From positions 2,160,001 through 2,192,000 of the forward strand of contig NZ_CP042905.2 of the NCBI RefSeq assembly GCF_008000775.2: a stretch of DNA of 32,000 nt, read 5' to 3'. Source of the DNA: Promethearchaeum syntrophicum. Its GTDB lineage: Archaea > Asgardarchaeota > Lokiarchaeia > Sigyniarchaeales > Promethearchaeaceae. Positions 1 to 9,127 of the stretch are shown here, piece after piece. A program made the position numbers and the translations under genes. The notes under the pieces were generated by a model. That model was given only the letters and a program-made list of their open reading frames with translations. It had not been told where the DNA came from and ran no database searches. Position 1 is the first letter of the stretch; the number at the start of each line of letters is the position of its first letter.

Positions 1-6
1 TTCAAA

Positions 7-564
7 TTAAAATTCAATTCCCGGACGTGCAAGGATTCCCTTTTGATACGGATGTTTAATTTCCTCAAGATGAATAACGTAATCTGCGATATCTTCCAGT
101 TCTGGTATTCCTTGATGGCCTGTTATTATAACTTCAATTTCTGGATTTTTATCTCTTAAAATTCGTATAAAATTTTTTGTTTCCCACAAATTCAATTTAA
201 TCATGGAACCAACTTCATCTAAAACTATTAAATCATATTTTTTGGAAGTTAGAACTTCTTTTACTTTATTTAGTGCATTTTTAGCCATTTCCATTTGACT
301 GGCAATCTGTTTTTCAGATTTGATGAAATTAAATTCTCCAAATTGAATAATCGGAATGTTTAATTTTTCGGTTAATGTAATATATTCGCCATAGAAAAAA
401 CCTTTCTGGGCAGTAGGATCATGTTTTTTTAAGAATTGTATGAGAATAGTCCGTAAATTTCTTCCTAATGCCCTAACAATATGTCCAAGCCCTATCGAAG
501 TTTTACCACAACCCATACCAAAGTAGTAATGTATTAATCCAGTTTTGAATTGATTTTTAGACAT
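7..564 (-). CDS. cobO: cob(I)yrinic acid a,c-diamide adenosyltransferase (CobO/BtuR-type P-loop ATPase)
   Basis: ORF 7..648; the likely true start is the internal ATG near 564 (MSKNQFKTGLIHYYFGMGCGKTSIGLGHIVRALGR). P-loop GMGCGKTS, then VLDEVGSM and VIITGHQG as in the CobO/BtuR family. The extra N-terminus of the long ORF overlaps the divergent gene. Confidence 0.85.
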   Translation of the reverse strand: MSKNQFKTGLIHYYFGMGCGKTSIGLGHIVRALGRNLRTILIQFLKKHDPTAQKGFFYGEYITLTEKLNIPIIQFGEFNFIKSEKQIASQMEMAKNALNKVKEVLTSKKYDLIVLDEVGSMIKLNLWETKNFIRILRDKNPEIEVIITGHQGIPELEDIADYVIHLEEIKHPYQKGILARPGIEF

Positions 565-707
565 TATTTTACATTTTGAAAGAATCTTTAAATCAATTTT
601 GATCCTAATAATTAATATAAATATTGAATAACCCATCAAAGGTGTCAAAAATTCAAAAAAAAAGAGAAACGATAAAGAGCATTTTCCATCGCGAAATCGA
701 AGAGGAT

Positions 708-1466
708 ATGAAGAAATATACCATAAATATTGATAAACCTGAATTTTTTAAAGAAAATGATATAATTCAATTACCTCCTCCAGTGCAAAGATATTTTAAA
801 CATTGTGGATATATCGGAAAAGAAAAAATGGCAAATGCACAAATAAAATACGAAAGCGCCTACCTTAAAATGTCTAAAAAGCAAAAATGGATTAATATTC
901 AATGTAGGCAATATAATTCTGTTCATGAACCCACCCGTATCATATATATGAAAAGCAAAATCCTAGGAATATTTAGGTTTGAAGGTCGTGATAAATATCA
1001 CAACGGGATAGGTAATATGTTAGTTAGGTTGTTAAAACGTTTCACAGTTGTAGATGCATTAGGAAAAGAAATGGATGCATCAGCATTAGTAACCGTACTA
1101 GCAGAAGTATTTTTGGTACCGAGTTACGCTTTGCAACCTTATGTTAAATGGCAATCAATCGATGATAATTCAGCTAGAGCAACTCTTACTTTTAATGAAA
1201 CTAAGGTTAGTGCAATGTTTCATTTTAATAGCATCGGGGAAATGACTAAAATTGATACAGATGACAGGTATTTCACAGAAAAAGATGGCACCTATGCAAA
1301 TGTAAAATGGTCTGCCTTAATGTCGGACTACATCGAAAAGGAGGGAATAAAATTCCCAAGCGAGTTCAAAGGAGTATGGCATTTTAATGATGGCGATTTT
1401 GAATATTTTAAGGGTAAAATTGCACAATTAAAATTCAATATTTCTTCCCATGAAATATTCAAATAA
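708..1466 (+). CDS. DUF6544/DUF6920-like conserved hypothetical protein
   Basis: ORF 624..1466 opens with TTG; an ATG at 708 is more plausible. LPPPVQRYFKHCG...MANAQIKYESAYLKMS and the VDALGKEMDASALVTVLAEVFLVPSYALQPYVKW pattern are typical of this uncharacterised family. Confidence 0.6.
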   Translation: MKKYTINIDKPEFFKENDIIQLPPPVQRYFKHCGYIGKEKMANAQIKYESAYLKMSKKQKWINIQCRQYNSVHEPTRIIYMKSKILGIFRFEGRDKYHNGIGNMLVRLLKRFTVVDALGKEMDASALVTVLAEVFLVPSYALQPYVKWQSIDDNSARATLTFNETKVSAMFHFNSIGEMTKIDTDDRYFTEKDGTYANVKWSALMSDYIEKEGIKFPSEFKGVWHFNDGDFEYFKGKIAQLKFNISSHEIFK

Positions 1467-1469
1467 AAA

Positions 1470-2876
1470 TTATGAAATGAATTTAAATTTCAAGAAGAAT
1501 GGCATTAATGAAACCTTCTTTGATAAAGGTAAATGCTTATAGATTTGCTCCCCGCACCAAAGATCATTTTCCTCTGGGTAATTTTCTAAATCTTGGCATC
1601 GGTAGGCTATCCAAATATTTTTCCGGAGTTGTTGAAGTTCGTTAATAGAATTTAGATAAGCATCCCAAATTGTAAATGGGGGTTTTTCATTACCACGGAA
1701 AAACATTTCGTCTGAAATTTTCCCCATTTTAAAGTATGAATTAAGTATACGCGTAGATAAAAGTTTTTCATTTTTTCTAAGATCTTGAGTAGTGAAGCTA
1801 CTTTCATTTTTATTTAGTTCGAGTAACACTTCGGATGCAATTTTTGCAGAGGCGGCTGCACCAATAACACCTTCTAAATATAGTGGATATAATAATCCTG
1901 CTGCATCACCTATTACAACTACTCGATCGGAAACTTTTGCATCAATAGGATATTTCGTGCATTTTTTATAATGAAAATCTTTGACTGTTAGTGTTTCAAT
2001 TTTTTTTTCAAGTCCTTTAAAATATTGTTGAATTGGTTGATAGTTCTGTAAAATTCGAAGAAATTTTATGCCCATTTCTTTTGGTTCTTCACTGGAAACA
2101 TATCCTATGTTAAAATAATCAATTGCTCGATTTAACCAAAGCATTCCCTCCAAGCTTATTTGAGGGTGAAGTCTAAATATATAATCTGCAGGAATATTCT
2201 TCATGATAAGAGACGGATCATTTTTGAAAGTTGCTGTAATTGAATTTAAAATTGTGGGTGTTTGAAATCCAAGATCTTGTTGGAGCTGAATCCCTGAAGC
2301 CCCTGTTGCAAGAATTACAGCTTTAACATTAATTTTTTTGACTTCAGCTTCAATATCAGTTTTTTTTTCTGATAGCAAAGTAAGTTGAGCATTTTCCTTT
2401 AGAATTTTTATCCCAGTTACTTCATGTTTCCACTGAATAGTTCCTCCATATTCTATTCCCTTATTTAGATACCATTGAATCAATTGATATTCATCAGCAA
2501 GTTTACCTAAAGGAGCTCCAAACTCCTTTCCGTCCACTAATGCTTCAATATTGCGTGATGCATAAATGCTAGTCCAATGATCGCGCACAAATATATCTAC
2601 ATTATTTTTCGGAATTTCGGGCATAAAGGGGAAATCATGTTCACAAACTAGTTTACATAATAGATAGGGTATGGATCTATCTTTTTTATCAATGATGATG
2701 CATGAACAACCCTCTTTAGTTAAATTATAAAATGCAATAACTCCTGCAATCCCCGCACCAATAATAGCAAAATCATAATCATATATTTTTTCATTTGTTA
2801 TCATTTTTAGGTCTCTTAAATCTAATGATAAAAAAAAGGTATTCCACTTATTTAATGAATATGTATAATTAAACAC
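1470..2876 (-). CDS. FAD-dependent oxidoreductase, geranylgeranyl reductase-like
   Basis: N-terminal Rossmann motif DFAIIGAGIAGVIAFYNLTKEG and downstream RVVVIGDAAGLLYPLYLEGVIGAAASAKIA, typical of the GGR/FixC-like flavoprotein superfamily. Confidence 0.7.
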   Translation of the reverse strand: MFNYTYSLNKWNTFFLSLDLRDLKMITNEKIYDYDFAIIGAGIAGVIAFYNLTKEGCSCIIIDKKDRSIPYLLCKLVCEHDFPFMPEIPKNNVDIFVRDHWTSIYASRNIEALVDGKEFGAPLGKLADEYQLIQWYLNKGIEYGGTIQWKHEVTGIKILKENAQLTLLSEKKTDIEAEVKKINVKAVILATGASGIQLQQDLGFQTPTILNSITATFKNDPSLIMKNIPADYIFRLHPQISLEGMLWLNRAIDYFNIGYVSSEEPKEMGIKFLRILQNYQPIQQYFKGLEKKIETLTVKDFHYKKCTKYPIDAKVSDRVVVIGDAAGLLYPLYLEGVIGAAASAKIASEVLLELNKNESSFTTQDLRKNEKLLSTRILNSYFKMGKISDEMFFRGNEKPPFTIWDAYLNSINELQQLRKNIWIAYRCQDLENYPEENDLWCGEQIYKHLPLSKKVSLMPFFLKFKFIS

Positions 2877-3256
2877 ATTTCTTTACAGAAGACGATAAAA
2901 CTATTACCCTATAATAATAAGAAAATCGTTAAAGAATATTGTGAAAATTACGTGTATTTTAGTCTTTAAAAAGGGAAAAAATGACTGATTTATCCGGCAA
3001 TAGGAACATTTTACGCCCGTAGAAGGGAATTAGGATAAAAATCTTATTTTCCAGATTTTAAATATGTATCATAAATCACAATTTTATAGGGGAAAAAATG
3101 ATCTATTTCTTGGTAAAAAAGGTATTCTGTTAAGATAAATGGATAAAATTTAATCTAACAATCTTATATTTTTTTTAATTCTTTTTCAAAATAAGAAAAA
3201 CACCTCAAAATTTTTAGGATTGATCATGCATTGTTCTATTAAATCTATTTTACAAG

Positions 3257-3748
3257 GTGAATAAACTGCCAACGAAAAGAATTAAAGTGCCGGTCAAAAA
3301 ACATGCCAAAGGAGAAAGTTTCTCTAAAGAACTTGAAAAATTCGGGCGTTATATTGTGGGGGTTTCATTAGAATCTCTAAAAACAGTGGGAAAATATGAT
3401 GCGTTAAATCGAACAAATGAATTCTACTTTAGGGTAAATTCGAGTGATGTGTTTAGAACAAGAGTTCCGAATAAAGGAAACATTGAACTCCGAGAAAATC
3501 AATCTTTTCTTTCAAAATCTGATAAGTTAACGTTATGGTCTGAATTTGTGAAATTTAAAAAAGAAGAAGAAAAAGTAATCGAAGTTGAGATACAACTCCG
3601 GGAAGAAGATCCAGGTTTGGATAAAGTATTAGCTAAGAAAAAATATAAAATTAAATGCCCCACCGCTACGAAATATGAGATTTTACAGAGTAAAGATGGA
3701 AAAACCAAAGCTAAATTAAAGATTTTCGCAAAAAAGACACTTTACTAA
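3257..3748 (+). CDS. hypothetical protein, possible C2-like beta-sandwich
   Basis: 163-aa ORF with isolated context and ordinary composition; NEFYFRVNSSDVFRTRVPNKG...VEIQLREEDPGLDKVLAKKKYKIKCP pattern. No family recognised with confidence. Confidence 0.55.
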   Translation: MNKLPTKRIKVPVKKHAKGESFSKELEKFGRYIVGVSLESLKTVGKYDALNRTNEFYFRVNSSDVFRTRVPNKGNIELRENQSFLSKSDKLTLWSEFVKFKKEEEKVIEVEIQLREEDPGLDKVLAKKKYKIKCPTATKYEILQSKDGKTKAKLKIFAKKTLY

Positions 3749-3876
3749 TTTAGTGTTTTTTTGTTTTAATATGTCGTTAATAAAAAAATGACCAAAATGA
3801 AAAATTTAAAAAAGAAATGGAAATTTGTTTTAATTGATCTTTAAAAATATACTTGATCCAAAGATGATTACGAGCC

Positions 3877-4164
3877 ATGATGAAAAATACCAATTTCTTT
3901 CAATTATTTAGGAAACGAGGTTTCTCTGAAACAATCGAAATTCTACAAGATTTTCCTAATTATGAAGCAATACAATCAAAATTTTTTGAAAAATTAGTGG
4001 AATCCAATTCATACCCTAACACTTTTTTTAGAGTTAAAGGTAGTCTATTGAAACATAATATTATTGCCTATAAACTTAACAATAATAATGAAAAGGTAAT
4101 TTTCCTAACAGAAAAAGGTCTAGATGTTTGGAATCGTATCCAAGAAATTGAAAAGATCTTATAA
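3877..4164 (+). CDS. small winged-helix (HxlR/ArsR-like) putative transcriptional regulator
   Basis: 95 aa; FSETIEILQDFPNYEAIQSKFFEKLVESNSYPNTFFRVKGSLLKHNIIAYKLNNNNEKVIFLTEKGLDVWNRI resembles a recognition helix, wing and C-terminal helix. Confidence 0.5.
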   Translation: MMKNTNFFQLFRKRGFSETIEILQDFPNYEAIQSKFFEKLVESNSYPNTFFRVKGSLLKHNIIAYKLNNNNEKVIFLTEKGLDVWNRIQEIEKIL

Positions 4165-4319
4165 TTCTTTAAAATTTCTTTATAGAAGAGATTGAATTTC
4201 TTTTTTTTTAATCTTTTTTTCTTAATCATTATTTCTTCAAAAAAATATTAGAAGATCACAAAAAAAGAGAGATTGTAATCCTAGATTTGGTATCCTCGAG
4301 TTAATAGAAAAATCCTTCT

Positions 4320-5093
4320 TCATTTTTCCATGAATTTCCGAGAAATCTTTGGAACAACCTTTCTGGGAGCAAATCTAACTAAGAATGTTAAAAATCTATT
4401 CTTGATACCATGCATCTTAGTCGTTTTTCCTTTCATCATTACTTTATATCCAAAGTTGGCAACAGATTTTGCAGTAGGAAGTTTTTTTCCCTTTACAATG
4501 TTTGATTCTTGAACATCTGCTTTTTCTTGAAATCCCGTTTTTGTTGCGCCTGGACAAAGTACTGTAACAGAGACACCTGTTCCTTGTAATTCATTCGCAA
4601 TCCCTTCAGAAAAAGAAAGAACATAGGCTTTTGTAGCAGCATACATGGATAATAATGGGGTAGGTTGAAATGAAGCATTAGATCCTAAGTTCATTATTCT
4701 ACCGCTTCCATTTTTTACCATATCTTTTACGAAGAGTTTAGTAAATTGAGTCAATGCAATGATATTTAGGTTCAACATCTCTTTTTCTCCTTCCCATTCT
4801 GTTTCATGAAATTTCCCCCAGATACCAAATCCTGCATTGTTAATTAAATACTCAACATGAATATTCTTCTCTTTAAGTTCATTATATACTTCTAATGCAG
4901 CATCATTCAAGCTGAGATCTTTCGTAATTACAATAGTTTTAATTTTATTTTTCTCTTCCAGTAGTTTTGCCAAATTCATCAATTTTTGTTCACTTCGGGC
5001 AACTAAAACGACATTTATATTATTTTTAGCAAAAATTTTGGCTAATTCATATCCTATTCCTCCCGAAGCCCCCGTAATTAAAGCATATTTCAT
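4320..5093 (-). CDS. short-chain dehydrogenase/reductase (SDR)
   Basis: TGASGGIG cofactor motif, NNAG, and YAATK catalytic motif. Confidence 0.92.
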   Translation of the reverse strand: MKYALITGASGGIGYELAKIFAKNNINVVLVARSEQKLMNLAKLLEEKNKIKTIVITKDLSLNDAALEVYNELKEKNIHVEYLINNAGFGIWGKFHETEWEGEKEMLNLNIIALTQFTKLFVKDMVKNGSGRIMNLGSNASFQPTPLLSMYAATKAYVLSFSEGIANELQGTGVSVTVLCPGATKTGFQEKADVQESNIVKGKKLPTAKSVANFGYKVMMKGKTTKMHGIKNRFLTFLVRFAPRKVVPKISRKFMEK

Positions 5094-5215
5094 GTTATTG
5101 TTCCTCTCTATTATTGATTGTATTCTATGAATATTATCATTCCAAATTTTAAATAATCCTATAAAACATTGAAAAAGAAGTAGAAATTATATAAAAATTG
5201 TTGGGTTATAGTTTT

Positions 5216-6472
5216 TCAAAAAGTTCGTTTGAATATCAATAGAATGATAAAAACAGCCACAATGAATATACCATGAACCAGAAATGGTAAATTTAGCATT
5301 GATTCTGCAAGTAACCCGGTAACTAAAGGAGAAATTATTCCACCCAAGCCGATAAGACTCTCAAAAATGCCTGCTTTTTTACCTTTTTCTTTTTTTTCAT
5401 ACATCATTAGAAGTTCCAGTGATATATAGTATAATCTCCCGAGAATTAATCCTGTAAAAAATAAAATCACACCTATCACTATCAAATTTCTTACCCAAAA
5501 TAATAGAATTAAAAGACAAGAGAGAATAAGTATCGATGAAAGAAGTGCTTTGAATGAGTTTTTGAAAAATCGTCCTATAAAATAAAATATTATCTGTCCA
5601 ATTCCATAAATAAGCATTAATTCCCCTGTTAAAGGTTCAGATAATCCGAGTCCATCTGATAACAAAGCATAATTTGGAAAATAACTTCCTATTAGTTTAG
5701 ATTCCAAAGCATATATAAAAGCGATTGAAAATAAAAAAATGTTAATTTGTTTTAAATTTACTTTGGTTCCGTTAATTTCCCTAGGAATTTTTTCTGAATC
5801 ATTAAAATAGGCAATATCCTCAGAATTTCCACTCTTCTGAAAATCTATATTTTTTTTAGTCGGTTTTTTTATTTCTGTTAAAACAATAACTAATGCTATA
5901 ATATGAGAAAACAAAACTGTCCAAAACCCAAATATAATATCAATATCGCTAAATATTCCCCCAATGAAAGGCCCTATCGCCATCCCTAAACCCCAAGAGA
6001 TACAAAAATTATTAATACTTTCTTTATGTGCTTTGAATGAATGTTCACCCATTTCTGATAAATAAGCCTCGATAACTGGCCAGTAAAATGAAAAAAATAT
6101 ACCCCGTAATAATTGTTCAATGAAAATACTGTAAAAAACGAGTGAATGTGATGAGGGTGATGAAAAAAATGAAAAAATAATAAGCAGAAAGATTGCTAAT
6201 AAAATCTGACCTACTACCGAAATAATCAGACTAATTTTATGGTTAATTTTATCGGATATTCGACCTATTACGGCTGGCATGACCACATATGTTATTCCAT
6301 ATGCACTTAAAATCCACCCAATTTGAATTGGTGAAAAACCGTAGTTCACTCCAATAACGACAAAAAGAAAAGTTAATACGGAATTTGAAAAATCTCCAAT
6401 AAATGGTAAAATAAAAACCGTTTTCTGCTTTCTTTTTTTTCTTTTTTGCTCCACACAAAACGTAGTACTCAT
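5216..6472 (-). CDS. major facilitator superfamily (MFS) transporter
   Basis: About 12 hydrophobic segments and the loop 2-3 motif GRISDKINHK; 418 aa. Confidence 0.88.
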   Translation of the reverse strand: MSTTFCVEQKRKKRKQKTVFILPFIGDFSNSVLTFLFVVIGVNYGFSPIQIGWILSAYGITYVVMPAVIGRISDKINHKISLIISVVGQILLAIFLLIIFSFFSSPSSHSLVFYSIFIEQLLRGIFFSFYWPVIEAYLSEMGEHSFKAHKESINNFCISWGLGMAIGPFIGGIFSDIDIIFGFWTVLFSHIIALVIVLTEIKKPTKKNIDFQKSGNSEDIAYFNDSEKIPREINGTKVNLKQINIFLFSIAFIYALESKLIGSYFPNYALLSDGLGLSEPLTGELMLIYGIGQIIFYFIGRFFKNSFKALLSSILILSCLLILLFWVRNLIVIGVILFFTGLILGRLYYISLELLMMYEKKEKGKKAGIFESLIGLGGIISPLVTGLLAESMLNLPFLVHGIFIVAVFIILLIFKRTF

Positions 6473-6623
6473 TAATTATTAAATTTAACACTGCAAAATT
6501 CCATAAATAAAAAAGTGAAAAGCGAAAGAATTTAAGAAAATTAATCCAATCTAGTATTATAATATTTCATGCAATTTACTATCTACAAATATACTTAAAA
6601 ATTAAGAAAATGCGGAGAAATCG

Positions 6624-7151
6624 ATGGCAGACTACGTATTGAAAATATGTTTACTCGGTGATGGAAATGTCGGAAAAACCTCTATCGTTTACCGATATAT
6701 TGAGAACCGTTTTAGTCGTGATTTTAAATCTACTCTTGGTGTAAATTTATTAAAGAAAAAAGTAATCTTAACTGAAGGAGAAAACGCTGGAAAGATCTGT
6801 TCCATCCAAATCTGGGATCTTGGGGGTCAAAACGCCTACAGAAAATTGCGTAAACTCTATTTGGAGGGATCTCAGGGAGCTTTAGTCGTTTTCGATGTCA
6901 CATCTCAGTCTAGTTTTGATCACCTGGATGATTGGATTGAATCACTTATAGAAATCCGTGGGGACAAAGTTCCGATGATTTTAATTGGAAATAAAATTGA
7001 TTTAGAAGCTAATCGGGTTATAAACGAAATGCAAGTGCAGAAATATGCGGACAAATATAATATGCCCATTAAATTTACGAGTGCTGCAACCGGTGAGAAA
7101 GTCGAAACTGCATTTATAGAATTGATCCAAAATATTATAGAAACAATCTAA
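6624..7151 (+). CDS. Ras/Rab-like small GTPase
   Basis: G1 GDGNVGKTS, G3 WDLGGQNAYR, G4 GNKID, G5 TSAATG; no C-terminal prenylation cysteine. Confidence 0.93.
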   Translation: MADYVLKICLLGDGNVGKTSIVYRYIENRFSRDFKSTLGVNLLKKKVILTEGENAGKICSIQIWDLGGQNAYRKLRKLYLEGSQGALVVFDVTSQSSFDHLDDWIESLIEIRGDKVPMILIGNKIDLEANRVINEMQVQKYADKYNMPIKFTSAATGEKVETAFIELIQNIIETI

Positions 7152-7295
7152 TTGTTACAAATTTTTCTAATTATTTTCTTAAACGTTCGAGTTTATCCAG
7201 ATATACATTTTTTGGGATACATATTATCAAACTAAAAATTCTTAAGCGGAACAAACTAAATTTTATTTGTTGTAAGGTATTTAGATAGATGGAAC

Positions 7296-7305
7296 TTTTT
7301 TTTTT
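7296..7305 (+). terminator. poly-T tract, possible terminator after GTPase 1
   Basis: Run of 10 T between two co-directional genes. Confidence 0.35.
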
Positions 7306-7344
7306 AAAAAAATAAATTCCACAAAATAATTAACGTGAAAAAAC

Positions 7345-7899
7345 ATGGCAGAAAATGAGTTCGCAAGCGATTTTATCTTCAAAATTTGCGTGATTGGTGA
7401 CGGCGCTACTGGAAAAACTTCTCTCATTAAAAGATTCACACAAGGATCTTTCAATAAAGATTATATTAAAACTCTTGGTGCGCAGTTTTCAAAATTCGAA
7501 AAAATTATGGAGATTGACGGAAAAGCCATTCGGGCGCGTCTCTTTTTCTGGGATATTGCAGGCCAATCAGAGTTTCGCTTCATGAGGCCGACCTTCTATA
7601 ACGGCGCAAAAGCGACCATTGTTGTCTTTGATTTAACTCGAAAAGAGACGTATGATAATATCCGGACATGGATTGATGATATCACTCAATATTGTGGAAA
7701 ATTACCTACTGTATGCTTTGCTAATAAAAGCGATTTAATAAATGAAGCAGAATTTGATGATAGCGATATAAAAAACCTTTCTAAGGAATTAGAATTCATG
7801 GAATATTATTTGACTTCTGCAAAAACGGGTAAACACGTTCAAGATGCTTTTAATGCAATCATTGATATATTAGTGAAGAAAGCTTTAGCAGAAGGATAA
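7345..7899 (+). CDS. Ras/Rab-like small GTPase
   Basis: G1 GDGATGKTS, G3 WDIAGQSEFR, G4 ANKSD, G5 TSAKTG; C-terminus KKALAEG has no prenylation motif. Confidence 0.95.
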   Translation: MAENEFASDFIFKICVIGDGATGKTSLIKRFTQGSFNKDYIKTLGAQFSKFEKIMEIDGKAIRARLFFWDIAGQSEFRFMRPTFYNGAKATIVVFDLTRKETYDNIRTWIDDITQYCGKLPTVCFANKSDLINEAEFDDSDIKNLSKELEFMEYYLTSAKTGKHVQDAFNAIIDILVKKALAEG

Positions 7900-7988
7900 C
7901 GCCTTAACAAAACTAGTTTTTGTTAAAGAAAATACATTTATAGTCAATTTATCTCGAAATTTATGAAAAAAAGGGGACAATAATTAAA

Positions 7989-8276
7989 ATGGGGTATCCT
8001 TTAATCTATTTTTTCTCAAGTCCATATTGTGCGCCTTGTAAAACTGTCGGAAAGATGCTTGAAGAAATAAATATCAGCCTTTTTGGTAATAAGCTCAAGA
8101 TAAAAAAGGTTGACATTGCTCAAGAATTTGAGTTAGCACAAAAATTTAAAATACTTAGTGTCCCCACTATTATAATTGGAGATCAAAGATTATCTGTGAT
8201 CATAGATAAAAATGAGTTGACTGACGCAATTTTGCAAGGATTCCTATCTTCGGTATCATACTCAGAAGATGAATAA
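7989..8276 (+). CDS. thioredoxin-like protein
   Basis: 95 aa; FSSPYCAPCKTVGKML redox motif CAPC and cis-Pro region ILSVPTIIIGDQ. Confidence 0.88.
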   Translation: MGYPLIYFFSSPYCAPCKTVGKMLEEINISLFGNKLKIKKVDIAQEFELAQKFKILSVPTIIIGDQRLSVIIDKNELTDAILQGFLSSVSYSEDE

Positions 8277-8360
8277 TAAATAAAAAGATATAAAAAAACT
8301 AAAAATAATATTAGAAAACGGAATGAAAGATAATAGAAAAAAAATGTTGAGGAATTACAA

Positions 8361-8846
8361 ATGAATCGTATTTTACTTGAACAAATGCTACATAAAATGA
8401 GATCTTTCCTGATAAAGGGGAAAAACATTGGAGATTTGAAAATTGGTGCTCTTTATGCCCTTGGGAATCAATTGGATGCCGTTTATTATTTCGTTGGTCA
8501 TGAATTGGGTTCTACAATAGAAACTGGAAGAGATCATATTGTTGATACTTCAATTTTGATTGAAACATTAAAGAATTTTTCAAAAAAATATCATATCGGT
8601 AATATGATTATAGACGAATACAATGATGAGCATATTACCTTTGATCTTGAGGATTGTCCCACATGTAAGGAAATTGAAGTACCATCCACTGAAATATCAC
8701 AAGGATTTTGCTCTTTTGAAGCGGGATTATTTGCCGGTCTAGTCGAGAAATTAACAGGAAAGCATTGTTTTGCCCAAGAATTAGAATGCAAACTCCAAAA
8801 TAAATCTCCAAATTGTAAATTTATGATTGTTATTCCTAAAGATTAG
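8361..8846 (+). CDS. V4R-domain protein (4-vinyl reductase / Bet3-like fold)
   Basis: 161 aa; YALGNQLDAVYYFVGHELGS... and SQGFCSFEAGLFAGLVEKLTGKHCFAQELECKLQNKSPNCKFMI match the V4R C-terminal pattern. Confidence 0.75.
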   Translation: MNRILLEQMLHKMRSFLIKGKNIGDLKIGALYALGNQLDAVYYFVGHELGSTIETGRDHIVDTSILIETLKNFSKKYHIGNMIIDEYNDEHITFDLEDCPTCKEIEVPSTEISQGFCSFEAGLFAGLVEKLTGKHCFAQELECKLQNKSPNCKFMIVIPKD

Positions 8847-8862
8847 GAGTAGGTAGAATAAA

Positions 8863-9111
8863 ATGAGTTCAGATGAAAATATAGTAGCCTATATATTATT
8901 AATTACCGATTCAGTAAATACTGAAGAGATATATAAGAAATTGAAATCAATAGAACAAGTTAAGGAAGTTCATATGATTTATGGGGATTATGATATTATT
9001 TTCAAGGTTGAAGTAAAGAATTTAGCGGAATTATCAACCTTTACCATGGATATACGGAAAAATTTCAATATTAAATCTTCATCAACATTAATAACTTTAG
9101 CCCAGAAATAA
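8863..9111 (+). CDS. stand-alone Lrp/AsnC ligand-binding (RAM) domain protein
   Basis: 82 aa; IVAYILLITDSVNTEEIYKKLKSIEQVKEVHMIYGDYDIIFKVEVKN is the classic RAM/ACT-like pattern; no HTH present. Confidence 0.8.
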   Translation: MSSDENIVAYILLITDSVNTEEIYKKLKSIEQVKEVHMIYGDYDIIFKVEVKNLAELSTFTMDIRKNFNIKSSSTLITLAQK

Positions 9112-9127
9112 AGGAAATTTTGGTTCC

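Noticed and set aside
3499-3708. Minus-strand 69-aa ORF within 3257..3748
   Set aside because: Fully antisense to a better-supported ORF, with no recognisable motifs.
4330-4678. Plus-strand ORFs 4330..4512 and 4493..4678
   Set aside because: Antisense to the SDR gene, which has clear family motifs; mirror ORFs only.
8183-8791. Minus-strand ORFs 8183..8428 and 8591..8791
   Set aside because: Antisense to the thioredoxin-like and V4R genes, low-complexity Phe/Tyr-rich translations.
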